Positions 15,819 through 23,787 of a stretch of DNA of 32,000 nucleotides are shown piece by piece. Under the pieces are notes generated by a model. That model was not told where the DNA came from. It saw nothing but the letters and a program-made list of their open reading frames with translations, and did no database searches. This DNA comes from Opitutia bacterium KCR 482 (GTDB lineage: Bacteria; Verrucomicrobiota; Verrucomicrobiia; Opitutales; Intestinicryptomonadaceae). Both the position numbers and the translations under genes were made by a program. The first letter of the stretch is position 1, and every line of letters begins with the position of its first letter. The stretch spans positions 1,800,001 to 1,832,000 of the forward strand of contig CP149973.1 in assembly GCA_029269845.2 (NCBI GenBank). The letters are read 5' to 3'.

Positions 15819-16010
15819 ATTGTGCCGCGCGGCTGTTGCGGCGCATGTCGGCGGACAGTGCGTGTTCCGCAGGGCGATGCGCGTTTTCCCTTTGCGCTCG
15901 GGTTTGTTCTATTTTTGCTTCGCGATTCGGCTTGGTTTTTTGCCTTGCCGATTTTTTTTGCGCTTGTCGGAAGTTTCGCGGCGGCGCGTTATTTGCGCGG
16001 CTTGTTTTAT

Positions 16011-17087
16011 CTACGCCATGTTTTTGCCGGTGCGCAATACGAGCTGCCCGCAGGCGGCGTCTATTTCCGAGCCTTTTTCGCGACGGAGCGTGCACGACAC
16101 TTTTTCTGCTTTCAGCAGGTTTGCGAACGCCGCGCGTCTGGGCGCGGGCGAGCGTTCCCAGTCGAGCGCGTCAACCCTGTTATAGGGAATCAGGTTGACG
16201 TGCGCGTGGAGGCGTTTTGCGATTTTCGCAAGCTCCCTCGCGGCGTGCTGCGAGTCGTTGACATCTTTTATCAAAATGTATTCAAGGGTAATCATTCTGC
16301 CGTTCGCCGCGGCGAACTTTTCGGCGGCGGGCAGGAGCTTTTCGAGCGGGAACTTCCCGTTAATCGGCATGATTTTCGAGCGTATTTCGTTCGTCGAGCC
16401 GTGCAGGCTGATTGCCAGTCGGTAGGGGAAGTCGGAGTCGGCAAGGCGTTCGAGAACGTCGGCGATTCCGCTTGTTGAAACGGTTATGCGGCGCGCGCCG
16501 AACGCGAATTTGTCGGGCGCGTTGAGCACCGCGAGCGCGGCGAGCAGGTTGTCGGCGTTCATGAGCGGCTCGCCCATTCCCATGACGACCACGTTTTCGA
16601 ATTCGAATTTGCGCGTCTTTTTGCCGTTGCGGATTTCGTCTGCCGCAAACGGCAGCATTTGCGCCACGATTTCCCCCGCGGTGAGGTTGCGGAAAAATCC
16701 GTTAAGCCCCGACGCGCAGAATTTGCAGCCGCACGCGCAGCCAACCTGCGTGCTTACGCAGAGCGTTTTGCGAACCTCGCCGCCGTCGTCGGACGGTGCT
16801 TCGAGGAGGACGCATTCGACGAATTTTCCGTCGGACAGCCCGAAGAGGTATTTTTTTGTTTCGTCGGCGGACTCCCTGTTGCCGACGAGTTTCCCCGCGG
16901 CGAATTCGAAATTTTCGGCGAGCCAATTTTTGAGCTTTTCGGGCAGCGCGGGGAAGTCGGCGGGCGAGAATATCTTGTGTTTGTAGACTGCGTCGAAAAC
17001 CTGCGACGCGCGGAATTTCTCGAAGCCCGCGGCGGCGAGCGCGGCGGAGAGTTCGGGTTTTGAAAGCGTGTAGAAGTCGGGTTTCAC
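16011..17087 (-). CDS. rlmN: 23S rRNA/tRNA adenine-C2 methyltransferase, radical SAM
   Basis: 358 aa with a GTG start. Contains FRASQVFDAVYK, CVSTQVGCACGCKFCASG (CxxxCxxC), NVVVMGMGEPL, ITVSTSG, LAISLH and a C-terminal ACGQL, all typical of RlmN. Confidence 0.92.
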   Translation of the reverse strand: MKPDFYTLSKPELSAALAAAGFEKFRASQVFDAVYKHKIFSPADFPALPEKLKNWLAENFEFAAGKLVGNRESADETKKYLFGLSDGKFVECVLLEAPSDDGGEVRKTLCVSTQVGCACGCKFCASGLNGFFRNLTAGEIVAQMLPFAADEIRNGKKTRKFEFENVVVMGMGEPLMNADNLLAALAVLNAPDKFAFGARRITVSTSGIADVLERLADSDFPYRLAISLHGSTNEIRSKIMPINGKFPLEKLLPAAEKFAAANGRMITLEYILIKDVNDSQHAARELAKIAKRLHAHVNLIPYNRVDALDWERSPAPRRAAFANLLKAEKVSCTLRREKGSEIDAACGQLVLRTGKNMA

Positions 17088-17093
17088 GCGCGG

Positions 17094-17312
17094 TTAGAAG
17101 CGGTCGTTTTGCGGACGCCAAGTATCGCGGTCGGCGGCTCTGTTGCGTTCGCTGACGCGTTTCATGTAGGTGTCGGCGTCGCGCGTTTCGCCGCTTACGA
17201 CGGAGCCTATCGGCGTCTGCTTGGCGTCGTTTTCGACGTTTTCGAATGCGTTGCACGCGGCAAGCGTTGCGATTGCCGCCGCCGACAAAAGGAGTTGGGC
17301 GATGTTTTTCAT
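17094..17312 (-). CDS. Small hypothetical lipoprotein (72 aa)
   Basis: MKNIAQLLLSAAAIATLAAC has a signal peptide and a lipobox. Its ATG overlaps the stop of the upstream ORF (ATGA at 17309-17312), and it ends 6 nt before the rlmN start. Confidence 0.5.
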   Translation of the reverse strand: MKNIAQLLLSAAAIATLAACNAFENVENDAKQTPIGSVVSGETRDADTYMKRVSERNRAADRDTWRPQNDRF

Positions 17313-17572
17313 TTTTTTGCGTTCGTGTAATATTTGGAATCGATAAAAATCCGTCCCTTGTAAACCCAGCGCGGCGATTTCGAGCCGTCCGACTTCCTGA
17401 TTATCGCGCGTTCGAAGCGCAGGGTTTTGTCGGGGTTGTCGTCAACGCGGATTTCGTGCGTTTCGTCGAGCGTCTTTGCGGGGTCGGGCAGCGACGCCAG
17501 AAGCGAGCGCAACTGCGACATGCTCGGAATGTAGCCGCCTTTTTTCTCTTCGGACTTTTTAAAGAAATTCAT
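17309..17572 (-). CDS. Hypothetical small basic protein (87 aa)
   Basis: ATG-initiated ORF with normal (non Arg/Ala-biased) composition and no signal peptide. It is translationally coupled to the downstream lipoprotein gene. No family recognised. Confidence 0.45.
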   Translation of the reverse strand: MNFFKKSEEKKGGYIPSMSQLRSLLASLPDPAKTLDETHEIRVDDNPDKTLRFERAIIRKSDGSKSPRWVYKGRIFIDSKYYTNAKK

Positions 17573-17631
17573 ATTTCCATTCTTTTACCGAACGGCGCGT
17601 CTTGCAAGAACAAAGCGTTTGCGCCACGCGT

Positions 17632-18681
17632 CTACGGCTTGAACGGACTTTTGCGCCCGCCCTTGTTGCTGCGGTGGCGGGCAAGCTCGCGCATGTCCAC
17701 CGCGATGTCGTCGGTCTCGAATATTTCCGAGCCCAAGAGGTGCTCGAAAATGTCTTCGAGCGTGATTACGCCCGTGAGCGACGCAAATTCGTCCACCACG
17801 ATTCCCATCTGCTGGTGCTTTTTTATTAGCTGGCGCAGAACCGCGAGAGCCGAGCCGTTTTCGGGGACGAATGTCGTCGGCTGCATGATTTCGGAAATTT
17901 TCTTCGCGTGGCAGTCGTTCGCCATGGCGGTCAGAATGTCGCGCCGCCGAACGACGCCCACGATGTTGTCGAGCGTGTCGCGGAAAACGGGGAAACGCGA
18001 GAAATTAGGGTTGGGGTGTTCGGCGAAAAACTCCCCTACGTTTTGGTCGTAGTCCGCAGTTTCTACCACCGTGCGCGGCGTCATGATTTCGGCTATCGTG
18101 ACGTCGTCGAGCGAGAGCGAATTCGCAATCAGGTCGCGCTCCTGCGGGGTGATTACGCCGTCCTTTTCGCCCTTGTTCGCCAGCATCACGATTTCGTCGT
18201 CGCCCGATTCGTCCTTCTGCGCGTTCGATTTGAGTCCCTTCAACACGAACGACGTGAATTTCGCCATCGGCGCCATCGCCACGCGCAGCCACGAGAGCGG
18301 GTATATGAGGTAGGGTTGCAGGGGGCGGCGGTAGATTATGCCGATGTTTTTTGGCATGATTTCCGAAAAGAAGAGAATGCCCACCGTGAGCGCGGCGGGG
18401 AAGACGTACGCCGTGGCGATTCCCGACCCGAACAGCGCGGCGCACTGCACGCCCGCGAGCGTCGCGCCGAACGTGTTTGCGATTGTGTTTGCCGTGAGAA
18501 TCGCCGACGTCGTTTCGTCGATGTTGCGCACGCAGCGTTCGAGTATCGCCCCGCGGCGCGGCGACTGCTTTTTGAGGCGTTCGATTTCGATTTCCGTAGT
18601 GCTCAGCACAACCGCTTCGAGCGTGGAGCACAGCGCGGAGACGCCGAGCGTCAGGATAATTGTGATTGCAAGGTATGCCAT
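17632..18681 (-). CDS. CNNM/CorC-family transporter (DUF21 membrane domain plus CBS pair), lacking the C-terminal CorC_HlyC domain
   Basis: 349 aa. The N-terminus is DUF21-like (LGVSALCSTLEAVVLS...LTANTIANTFGA). A CBS pair follows (IAEIMTPRTVV...FSRFPVF...IVGVVRRRDIL...ISEIMQP...VPENGSALAVLRQLIKKHQQMGIVVDEFASLTGVITLEDIFEHLLG). The protein ends about 35 aa after the CBS pair. Confidence 0.85.
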   Translation of the reverse strand: MAYLAITIILTLGVSALCSTLEAVVLSTTEIEIERLKKQSPRRGAILERCVRNIDETTSAILTANTIANTFGATLAGVQCAALFGSGIATAYVFPAALTVGILFFSEIMPKNIGIIYRRPLQPYLIYPLSWLRVAMAPMAKFTSFVLKGLKSNAQKDESGDDEIVMLANKGEKDGVITPQERDLIANSLSLDDVTIAEIMTPRTVVETADYDQNVGEFFAEHPNPNFSRFPVFRDTLDNIVGVVRRRDILTAMANDCHAKKISEIMQPTTFVPENGSALAVLRQLIKKHQQMGIVVDEFASLTGVITLEDIFEHLLGSEIFETDDIAVDMRELARHRSNKGGRKSPFKP

Positions 18682-18746
18682 TTACGGGAGCTGTTTATCG
18701 CAAAACGTCGGCTCTTTCGCAAACATAAATTTGTCCGCCGCCGAAT

Positions 18747-19067
18747 TTAGAGCGGGCGCGTTCCGCAAACGAAGTCGGCGTATGCGCGCGAAGCCTCGCA
18801 GTCGGTCTGTACCCATTCGGGGCATTCGTAGGGGTGGAGCTGGGCGAACCTTTCGCGCAGTCTGGGCAGGGCGTCGGGCGAAGCTTTTATGACGGCGGGG
18901 TATTCGGTTTCGCGGCAGAGTTTGCCGTTCCAAACATAGGTCGATTCCACGGGCGAGCCTATTTGAACGCATGCCGCCAGCCCCTCCGAAACAAGCGTTT
19001 CGGCGGTGTCGGCGGCGGAGTGTTTTTCGGGGAATGTTGAAAAAATGCAAATTATCCTGTTTTCCAT
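18747..19067 (-). CDS. cutA: Divalent-cation tolerance protein CutA
   Basis: 106 aa from the internal ATG at 19067. IICIFSTFPEKHSAADTAETLVSEGLAACVQI...STYVWNGKLCRETEYPAVIKA...HPYECPEW matches the CutA1 fold signature. The 40 upstream codons of the track ORF were discarded. Confidence 0.85.
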   Translation of the reverse strand: MENRIICIFSTFPEKHSAADTAETLVSEGLAACVQIGSPVESTYVWNGKLCRETEYPAVIKASPDALPRLRERFAQLHPYECPEWVQTDCEASRAYADFVCGTRPL

Positions 19068-19190
19068 GGAAGGCATTCTACAAAAAATTTTTGACCCGCG
19101 AAGACTTATTTTCTGCATTTTTACACATCGGGTTCGGCGGAGTTCCGCCGCACTCCCGATTTTTTCAAAACATTCAGGAGGATACAAATT

Positions 19191-19483
19191 ATGTTTACAC
19201 GCAGGGAATTTCTTAAAAATTCCGTTTTGCTCGGAAGCGCGGCGATGCTTCTGCCCGCGCGCTCTGCCGCGCCGAAACCGCGCAAAATAGGCGCGAACGA
19301 AAAGCTGAACGCGCGGTAGTAGGCTGCGGCGGACGCGGCTTCGACACGGTCATGGCCGCAGGCGCGCTCCCCTCCGTCCGCGAGCTGAAATACAACCCCG
19401 CCACGATGTCTTTCGACTCTTGTCCAGAGGCGGAGAGGTTTGTCTCGTCGCTCTACGACTACAATCCGTCGTTCCTTCCGTAG
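19191..19483 (+). pseudogene. Relic of a Tat-exported Gfo/Idh/MocA oxidoreductase, with a frameshift and a large internal deletion
   Basis: AGGAGG lies 8 nt before ATG 19191. The ORF reads MFTRREFLKNSVLLGSAAMLLPARSAAPKPRKIGANEKLNAR* (twin-arginine signal) and stops at 19317-19319. In the -1 frame from 19316 it continues VVGCGGRG (Rossmann GxGxxG) FDTVMAAGALPSVRELKYNPATMSFDSCPEAERFVSSLYDYNPSFLP*, the typical C-terminal tail of this family. About 350 aa of the enzyme core are missing. Confidence 0.7.
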
Positions 19484-19498
19484 TCGGCGTGGGATTCG

Positions 19499-19534
19499 AA
19501 AAAACGCGCGGGCTAATGCGTCCGCGCGTTTTTT
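19499..19534. terminator. Bidirectional rho-independent terminator between the relic and the convergent lipoprotein gene
   Basis: AAAACGCGCGG (19501-19511) and CCGCGCGTTTT (19522-19532) form a perfect stem with a 10-nt loop. It is flanked by a 6-A run upstream and a 6-T run downstream. Confidence 0.7.
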
Positions 19535-19547
19535 GTTTTGTGTTTTC

Positions 19548-21224
19548 CTATTTGAATTTGGGCAGGAACGGCGCAAGTATTTCGGCGCATTCGGCGCGTT
19601 TCAAACCGCCGAGCTGCACAGTAAGCGCAAGCGTTATTTCTCCGCGCCCCGCTGCCGCGCAAATGTCGGAGGCAAGCTTGTACGCCTTGAACGCAGTCGC
19701 CGCGTCGGACTTTTCCGCAACGTAGTAGAGGTCGCCGAGCAACGCCGCCGAAACGTCCCTGTCGCGCAGACAACCCGAAAGGAATTTCAACGCCTCCGCG
19801 GGGCGTCCGAGGTCGGCGGTGTTCCGCGCTATCTTCCCGCAGAGCGCGGCATAGCCCGCTGTTTTCTCCGCGCCGGACGCGCGTACGCGGTCGGCGGCGA
19901 GGGCGTTCAACGCCTCTGCGAAGTCGGCGTTCGAGCCTGCGAGCATGGACGAAATTTTTGCGAGCCTTGCGGCGGGCAGTATTTCCGCGCCGTAAGTTCC
20001 AGCTTCGTCGCCGCCGTCGAAAACCGAGAGGCAGTCGAGATTCGAAACGTCGATTGCCGCCACGAGCTTTGCGGCGTCGTTCGGCTTGCCCGCGTCGAAC
20101 GCAGTTTTTGCGCACGCCGCGTAGGCGCGGTTTCGGCTTGAAATGTCGGATATTTTTGCGGCGTTTGCCTGCGCCTCGGCGAAGTTGCCCCGCGCCGAGA
20201 TTCCCTGCGAGAGCCTTGCGAAGAACGCGTCCCTTTCCGCGGAGTTTGCGAGGCGTTCAGCCAACGCCGCCGCCGCCGCGCTGTTTTTGCCGCGCCCAAC
20301 GACGTCCGCGATTTCCGCGAACGCTGCGGCGAATGTTTCGGGGTCGGAAATTTTCTTTGCCGTCTCTATCGCGCGCGCGTCGTCGCCGAAGTTTGCGAAC
20401 GCGGCGGCTATGCCTCCGAGAGCCTTTTCGCGCAGGTTTTTCGCGCTGATTTTTTCTATGTTGTTCTGCGCGGAAGCGAGGATTTTTACGAATTCCCGCT
20501 TGACGGCATTGTCGGCGAACGCGGCGGATTTCGCCTTTTCGCGCAGGTTGTCGATAGTCCTTACGTCGTAGGCTACGAGCGACGCGTCGGTGCTCGCCGC
20601 TTTTAGGAACGCCGCTGCGTCGGCTATTTTGCGCGTCTGCGGCGAGGCCGCCGGCGCGGCGGCTTTCGGCTTTGCCGCCTGTTGCGCGGGCTGCTTCGCC
20701 GCGTTGAGCCTGCCGCGCAGTTCGGGAGATTTTATGTTTGAAACTATCGCCGCGCGGATTTTTGAAGCTTTGTCCGCCGAAATTTTCGGGGACGCCGCCA
20801 CGGCTTCGGCGAGTTCCGCAAGGGCGTCGTCGCGCCGCGCCGCGTCGGCATTCGACATCGCGATAGCCCACGCCAGTTCCGCGTCGGCGAGCGCGGGATT
20901 TTCGAAAGTTTTAAGCAGGGGGATAATCCTCCCCGAAAGCTCGGAATATTTGCACGGGCCAACGAGCGTGGACTCGTCGGTCATCACTTTGAGCGCGATT
21001 GCCGATTCGGGGTATTTGTCCACAACGCGCTCCACTTCGGAACGGGCGTTTTCGCAGAGTTCGAGCGCGGCTTTGTAGTCGGCGGCGGCGAACGCCTTTT
21101 CGGCTTTCGCCACTTTGCGGGCGGCGTTGACATATTCGCGCCCCGCGTTTTTTTCGGGGGAGTCTGCGCAAGCGGCGACAAACACCGCAAGCGACGTCCC
21201 GACTGTTATGATTAGTTTTCGCAT
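19548..21224 (-). CDS. Alanine-rich helical-repeat lipoprotein, function unknown
   Basis: 558 aa from ATG 21224. MRKLIITVGTSLAVFVAAC has a signal peptide and a lipobox. The rest is highly Ala-rich, predicted all-helical with TPR-like segments (AAADYKAALELCENA...). No family recognised. Confidence 0.65.
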   Translation of the reverse strand: MRKLIITVGTSLAVFVAACADSPEKNAGREYVNAARKVAKAEKAFAAADYKAALELCENARSEVERVVDKYPESAIALKVMTDESTLVGPCKYSELSGRIIPLLKTFENPALADAELAWAIAMSNADAARRDDALAELAEAVAASPKISADKASKIRAAIVSNIKSPELRGRLNAAKQPAQQAAKPKAAAPAASPQTRKIADAAAFLKAASTDASLVAYDVRTIDNLREKAKSAAFADNAVKREFVKILASAQNNIEKISAKNLREKALGGIAAAFANFGDDARAIETAKKISDPETFAAAFAEIADVVGRGKNSAAAAALAERLANSAERDAFFARLSQGISARGNFAEAQANAAKISDISSRNRAYAACAKTAFDAGKPNDAAKLVAAIDVSNLDCLSVFDGGDEAGTYGAEILPAARLAKISSMLAGSNADFAEALNALAADRVRASGAEKTAGYAALCGKIARNTADLGRPAEALKFLSGCLRDRDVSAALLGDLYYVAEKSDAATAFKAYKLASDICAAAGRGEITLALTVQLGGLKRAECAEILAPFLPKFK

Positions 21225-21290
21225 GGGGCAGATTCTGCCACCGCCGCCGCGCAAGTAAAGATTTTTCCGAACCGCCGCCGATTTTTACGC

Positions 21291-21318
21291 AAAAAAAGCC
21301 CGACTTTTGTCGGGCTTT
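21291..21318 (-). terminator. Rho-independent terminator after the PEP-CTERM gene
   Basis: GCCCGAC-TTTT-GTCGGGC forms a 7-bp stem extended by A-T pairs, followed on the minus strand by a 7-T run (A21291-21297 on plus). Confidence 0.75.
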
Positions 21319-21342
21319 GAAACCACTTAAATTTTGTGTTGT

Positions 21343-22560
21343 TTATTTTCTGCGGCGGTAGACTGCGAGTCCCAATGCGATTGCTCCGAAAATCGCCGCC
21401 CATTCGGCGGGTTCGGGAATGTTGAGACCGAGCTGGTACGCCGTGCCGCCTTTGTAGAGGATTTCCTCCCATGCGAGATTGCCCGACTGCCCGTTGAGCG
21501 TAATCTTTTCGAGCGCGTTTGTCGCGGTGTCGTCGCGGCTTATGATGATGAGCCTTGCTTCGTCATCGAGGTTAACGTCGAGCGCGCCGTTCATTTCTTG
21601 TATGCCCGCAAAAACCAAGTCGGTTCCGGCGGCGACCTCTATCGTTGCCGTCGCGTTCGATGACACCGAGAGCATGCCCGCCGAAAAGTCTTTCGTTACA
21701 ATGAGGCTGCCTGCCTTGTTTGCCGCAAATCTCAGCCCGTTGGAAGACTGAAGCGATATCGCGCTGTCGATTGCAAGCGTAGTGCCGATGATTGCCAGCG
21801 ATTTTCCTTCCGCAATCGAAAGCTTGGAGCCGTTTTCAAACGTTGTTTTTGCCTGAACGTTGACAGTGCCATTCGAAATTATGCTTCCGCCGATGACCGA
21901 TTCCTGCATGAGGTTGACCGATCCCGCTTCGAGCGTGCCCGTCGCGCCCACCGTGAACGTGTAGTAGCCCGAATATGCGTCGGCGGGGTTCTGCCCGAAG
22001 TCTTTTGTTACATTTACCGTGCCGTCTATTATGACTTCCGAGCCTGTTTTTTCGGGGCTGTTTGCCCTGATGATAAGCCTGTCCGTGTTGACTGTAATGC
22101 CCTTGCCGATGTAGAGTCCGGACTTGTCTCCCATCGCGCGGATAACGTTGAGGCCGGTGTTCTTGAAGTTGACTGTCGCGGTGTCGCCGTCGTTCATAGC
22201 CTCCAACGAGATTGTGTTGCCGCTGAAATTCCACTGCATGGGTGTTGCATCGGAGAGGTTCAGCACCGAGCCGTTTTCGAAAAGAACGGTGTCGTTTGTG
22301 TAGAAACCGTTGTTGCCGCTTGCAACTCCGAGCTGCGAGCCCGAAATCGTGCCCGCTACCTTGAAGTAGCCAGTGTCGCGGGCTTCCGCCGTGCCACTGC
22401 CCGTTCCTTGCATCATGAGCTTCGGCTCCGTTTCCGAGGCGACCAGCAATTTCGCATTTTCGCGCGAAACCGCCGCGGCGACGTAGTCGGCTACTGCGGA
22501 TTGCGAGCACGCAATGCTTGCGAGTGCCGCAAGCGAAATGATTGTCGATTTTCTGTTCAT
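21343..22560 (-). CDS. PEP-CTERM-anchored surface protein with a beta-helix-like repeat region
   Basis: 405 aa with a signal peptide (MNRKSTIISLAALASIACSQSAVA). The middle is Gly/Ser/Thr/Asn-rich with repetitive beta-strands, as in autotransporter-associated beta-strand repeats. The C-terminus is PEPAEWAAIFGAIALGLAVYRRRK, i.e. PEP motif, TM helix and basic cluster. Confidence 0.85.
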   Translation of the reverse strand: MNRKSTIISLAALASIACSQSAVADYVAAAVSRENAKLLVASETEPKLMMQGTGSGTAEARDTGYFKVAGTISGSQLGVASGNNGFYTNDTVLFENGSVLNLSDATPMQWNFSGNTISLEAMNDGDTATVNFKNTGLNVIRAMGDKSGLYIGKGITVNTDRLIIRANSPEKTGSEVIIDGTVNVTKDFGQNPADAYSGYYTFTVGATGTLEAGSVNLMQESVIGGSIISNGTVNVQAKTTFENGSKLSIAEGKSLAIIGTTLAIDSAISLQSSNGLRFAANKAGSLIVTKDFSAGMLSVSSNATATIEVAAGTDLVFAGIQEMNGALDVNLDDEARLIIISRDDTATNALEKITLNGQSGNLAWEEILYKGGTAYQLGLNIPEPAEWAAIFGAIALGLAVYRRRK

Positions 22561-22608
22561 TTTTCTATATAGTAATTTGTTTGTGTCGGTTGCAGTAGGG
22601 CAGGTCGG

Positions 22609-22672
22609 AATTTGAATGTATAAAAACCTTCATTCAAACTGTTTGTTATTATAAAAAGGCGAATGTTTGAAT
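22609..22672. promoter_or_regulatory. Candidate operator/promoter region upstream of the PEP-CTERM gene
   Basis: TTTGAATG (22611-22618) and CATTCAAA (22631-22638) form a perfect 8-bp inverted repeat with a 12-nt spacer. A third TTTGAAT half-site lies at 22666-22672. The region is 50-110 bp upstream of ATG 22560 in an AT-rich tract. Confidence 0.3.
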
Positions 22673-22923
22673 TTGCAAGGTTTTTATTTGCAATTCTTTT
22701 GGTTTATTTGCTTGGAGGGATTTTTTTTGCAAAAATGCCTTTTTAGCTCGATTTTGCGTTGTGCCGACCGTTGTTATGTTCGGAAAATAGACGCTTTTGG
22801 GGCGCAATTATGCGGTTGCGCGTTTCGGTTTTTTTGTTATCGGAGATTTGCTTTTCGCATGTGTGGCGACGCGTCGCAGTGTTGTGCGGGTGCGGATTTG
22901 CCCGTATTGCGGTGTTGCGCGGG

Positions 22924-23787
22924 TCAGGCTTTGGGCAGGTTGTTGCGGAAATATTTGCGCTGTTTTTTTACGAGGGCAAAGGTGTTTTTTACGATTGCCT
23001 CCCTCAGGGCATCGGTATTTTTTTCGCCCGCGCCTATCCATTCTATCGTTTCGCGGTAGCCGATTGCCGCGCTTGCGGAGGCGTTTTTCAAAATTCCGCG
23101 TTCGAGCAGCCCGCGCGTCTCCTCCACAAGTCCCGATGCAATCATTTCGTCGGTTCGCGTTTTGATTCGCGCGAGCATTGTGTCGTTGTCGGCGTCGAGA
23201 ATTTCGACGTCGCGCGTAAAAGCTCCGAGCGGGCAGGGCAGTTTTTTGAATTCCTCCAAGAGCGTTCGCGCCGATTTGCCCGACGCCAAACAGCGTTCGA
23301 GCGCGTTTTTTGTGCGCCGCGGGTTTTTCAAATCAACGCATTCGCCCGCGAGAGGGTCTATTTTAAGAAGCTCCGCTGCGAGCGCGTCCGCGCCGCCCTC
23401 CGCCTCTATTTTCGCCGAGAGCGTCCTGATGTCGTCGGGAATCGGAAGATTGTCCACAACCGCCGCGAACCACGCCTTCAGGTAGAAGCCGCTTCCGCCC
23501 GCCACGACGATTTCCGCACCGCGCGAGACGGCGTCGGCAAGCGCGGCTTTTGCAAGCTCGACATATTGCGCGACGTCGAATTTTTCGGAAGGCTCGGCGA
23601 CGTCTATCAAATGGTGCGGAATTTCCGCAAGCTCCGCCTTTGTCGGCTTTGCCGAGCCGATATCCATGCCCCTGTAAATTTGCACGCTGTCGCACGAAAT
23701 TATTTCCGCGCCGTGTTTGCGCGCGTACTCCAACGCCGCCCGCGTCTTGCCCGAGCACGTCGGGCCCGTTATTATTTTGACCCTCAT
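22924..23787 (-). CDS. miaA: tRNA dimethylallyltransferase
   Basis: 287 aa from the internal ATG at 23787. Contains a P-loop (IITGPTCSGKT), ISCDSVQIYRGMDIGSAKPT and IPHHLIDV. Its ATG overlaps the nth stop (ATGA at 23784-23787). Confidence 0.9.
   Translation of the reverse strand: MRVKIITGPTCSGKTRAALEYARKHGAEIISCDSVQIYRGMDIGSAKPTKAELAEIPHHLIDVAEPSEKFDVAQYVELAKAALADAVSRGAEIVVAGGSGFYLKAWFAAVVDNLPIPDDIRTLSAKIEAEGGADALAAELLKIDPLAGECVDLKNPRRTKNALERCLASGKSARTLLEEFKKLPCPLGAFTRDVEILDADNDTMLARIKTRTDEMIASGLVEETRGLLERGILKNASASAAIGYRETIEWIGAGEKNTDALREAIVKNTFALVKKQRKYFRNNLPKA

Noticed and set aside
22667-23059. 130-aa Cys-rich plus-strand ORF (TTG start) in the large intergenic gap
   Set aside because: Its 3' half is antisense to miaA. 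The Cys and Phe richness follows from reading GCA/AAA-rich antisense sequence. There is no RBS and no sensible start codon, so it is unlikely to be a Cys-rich peptide gene.
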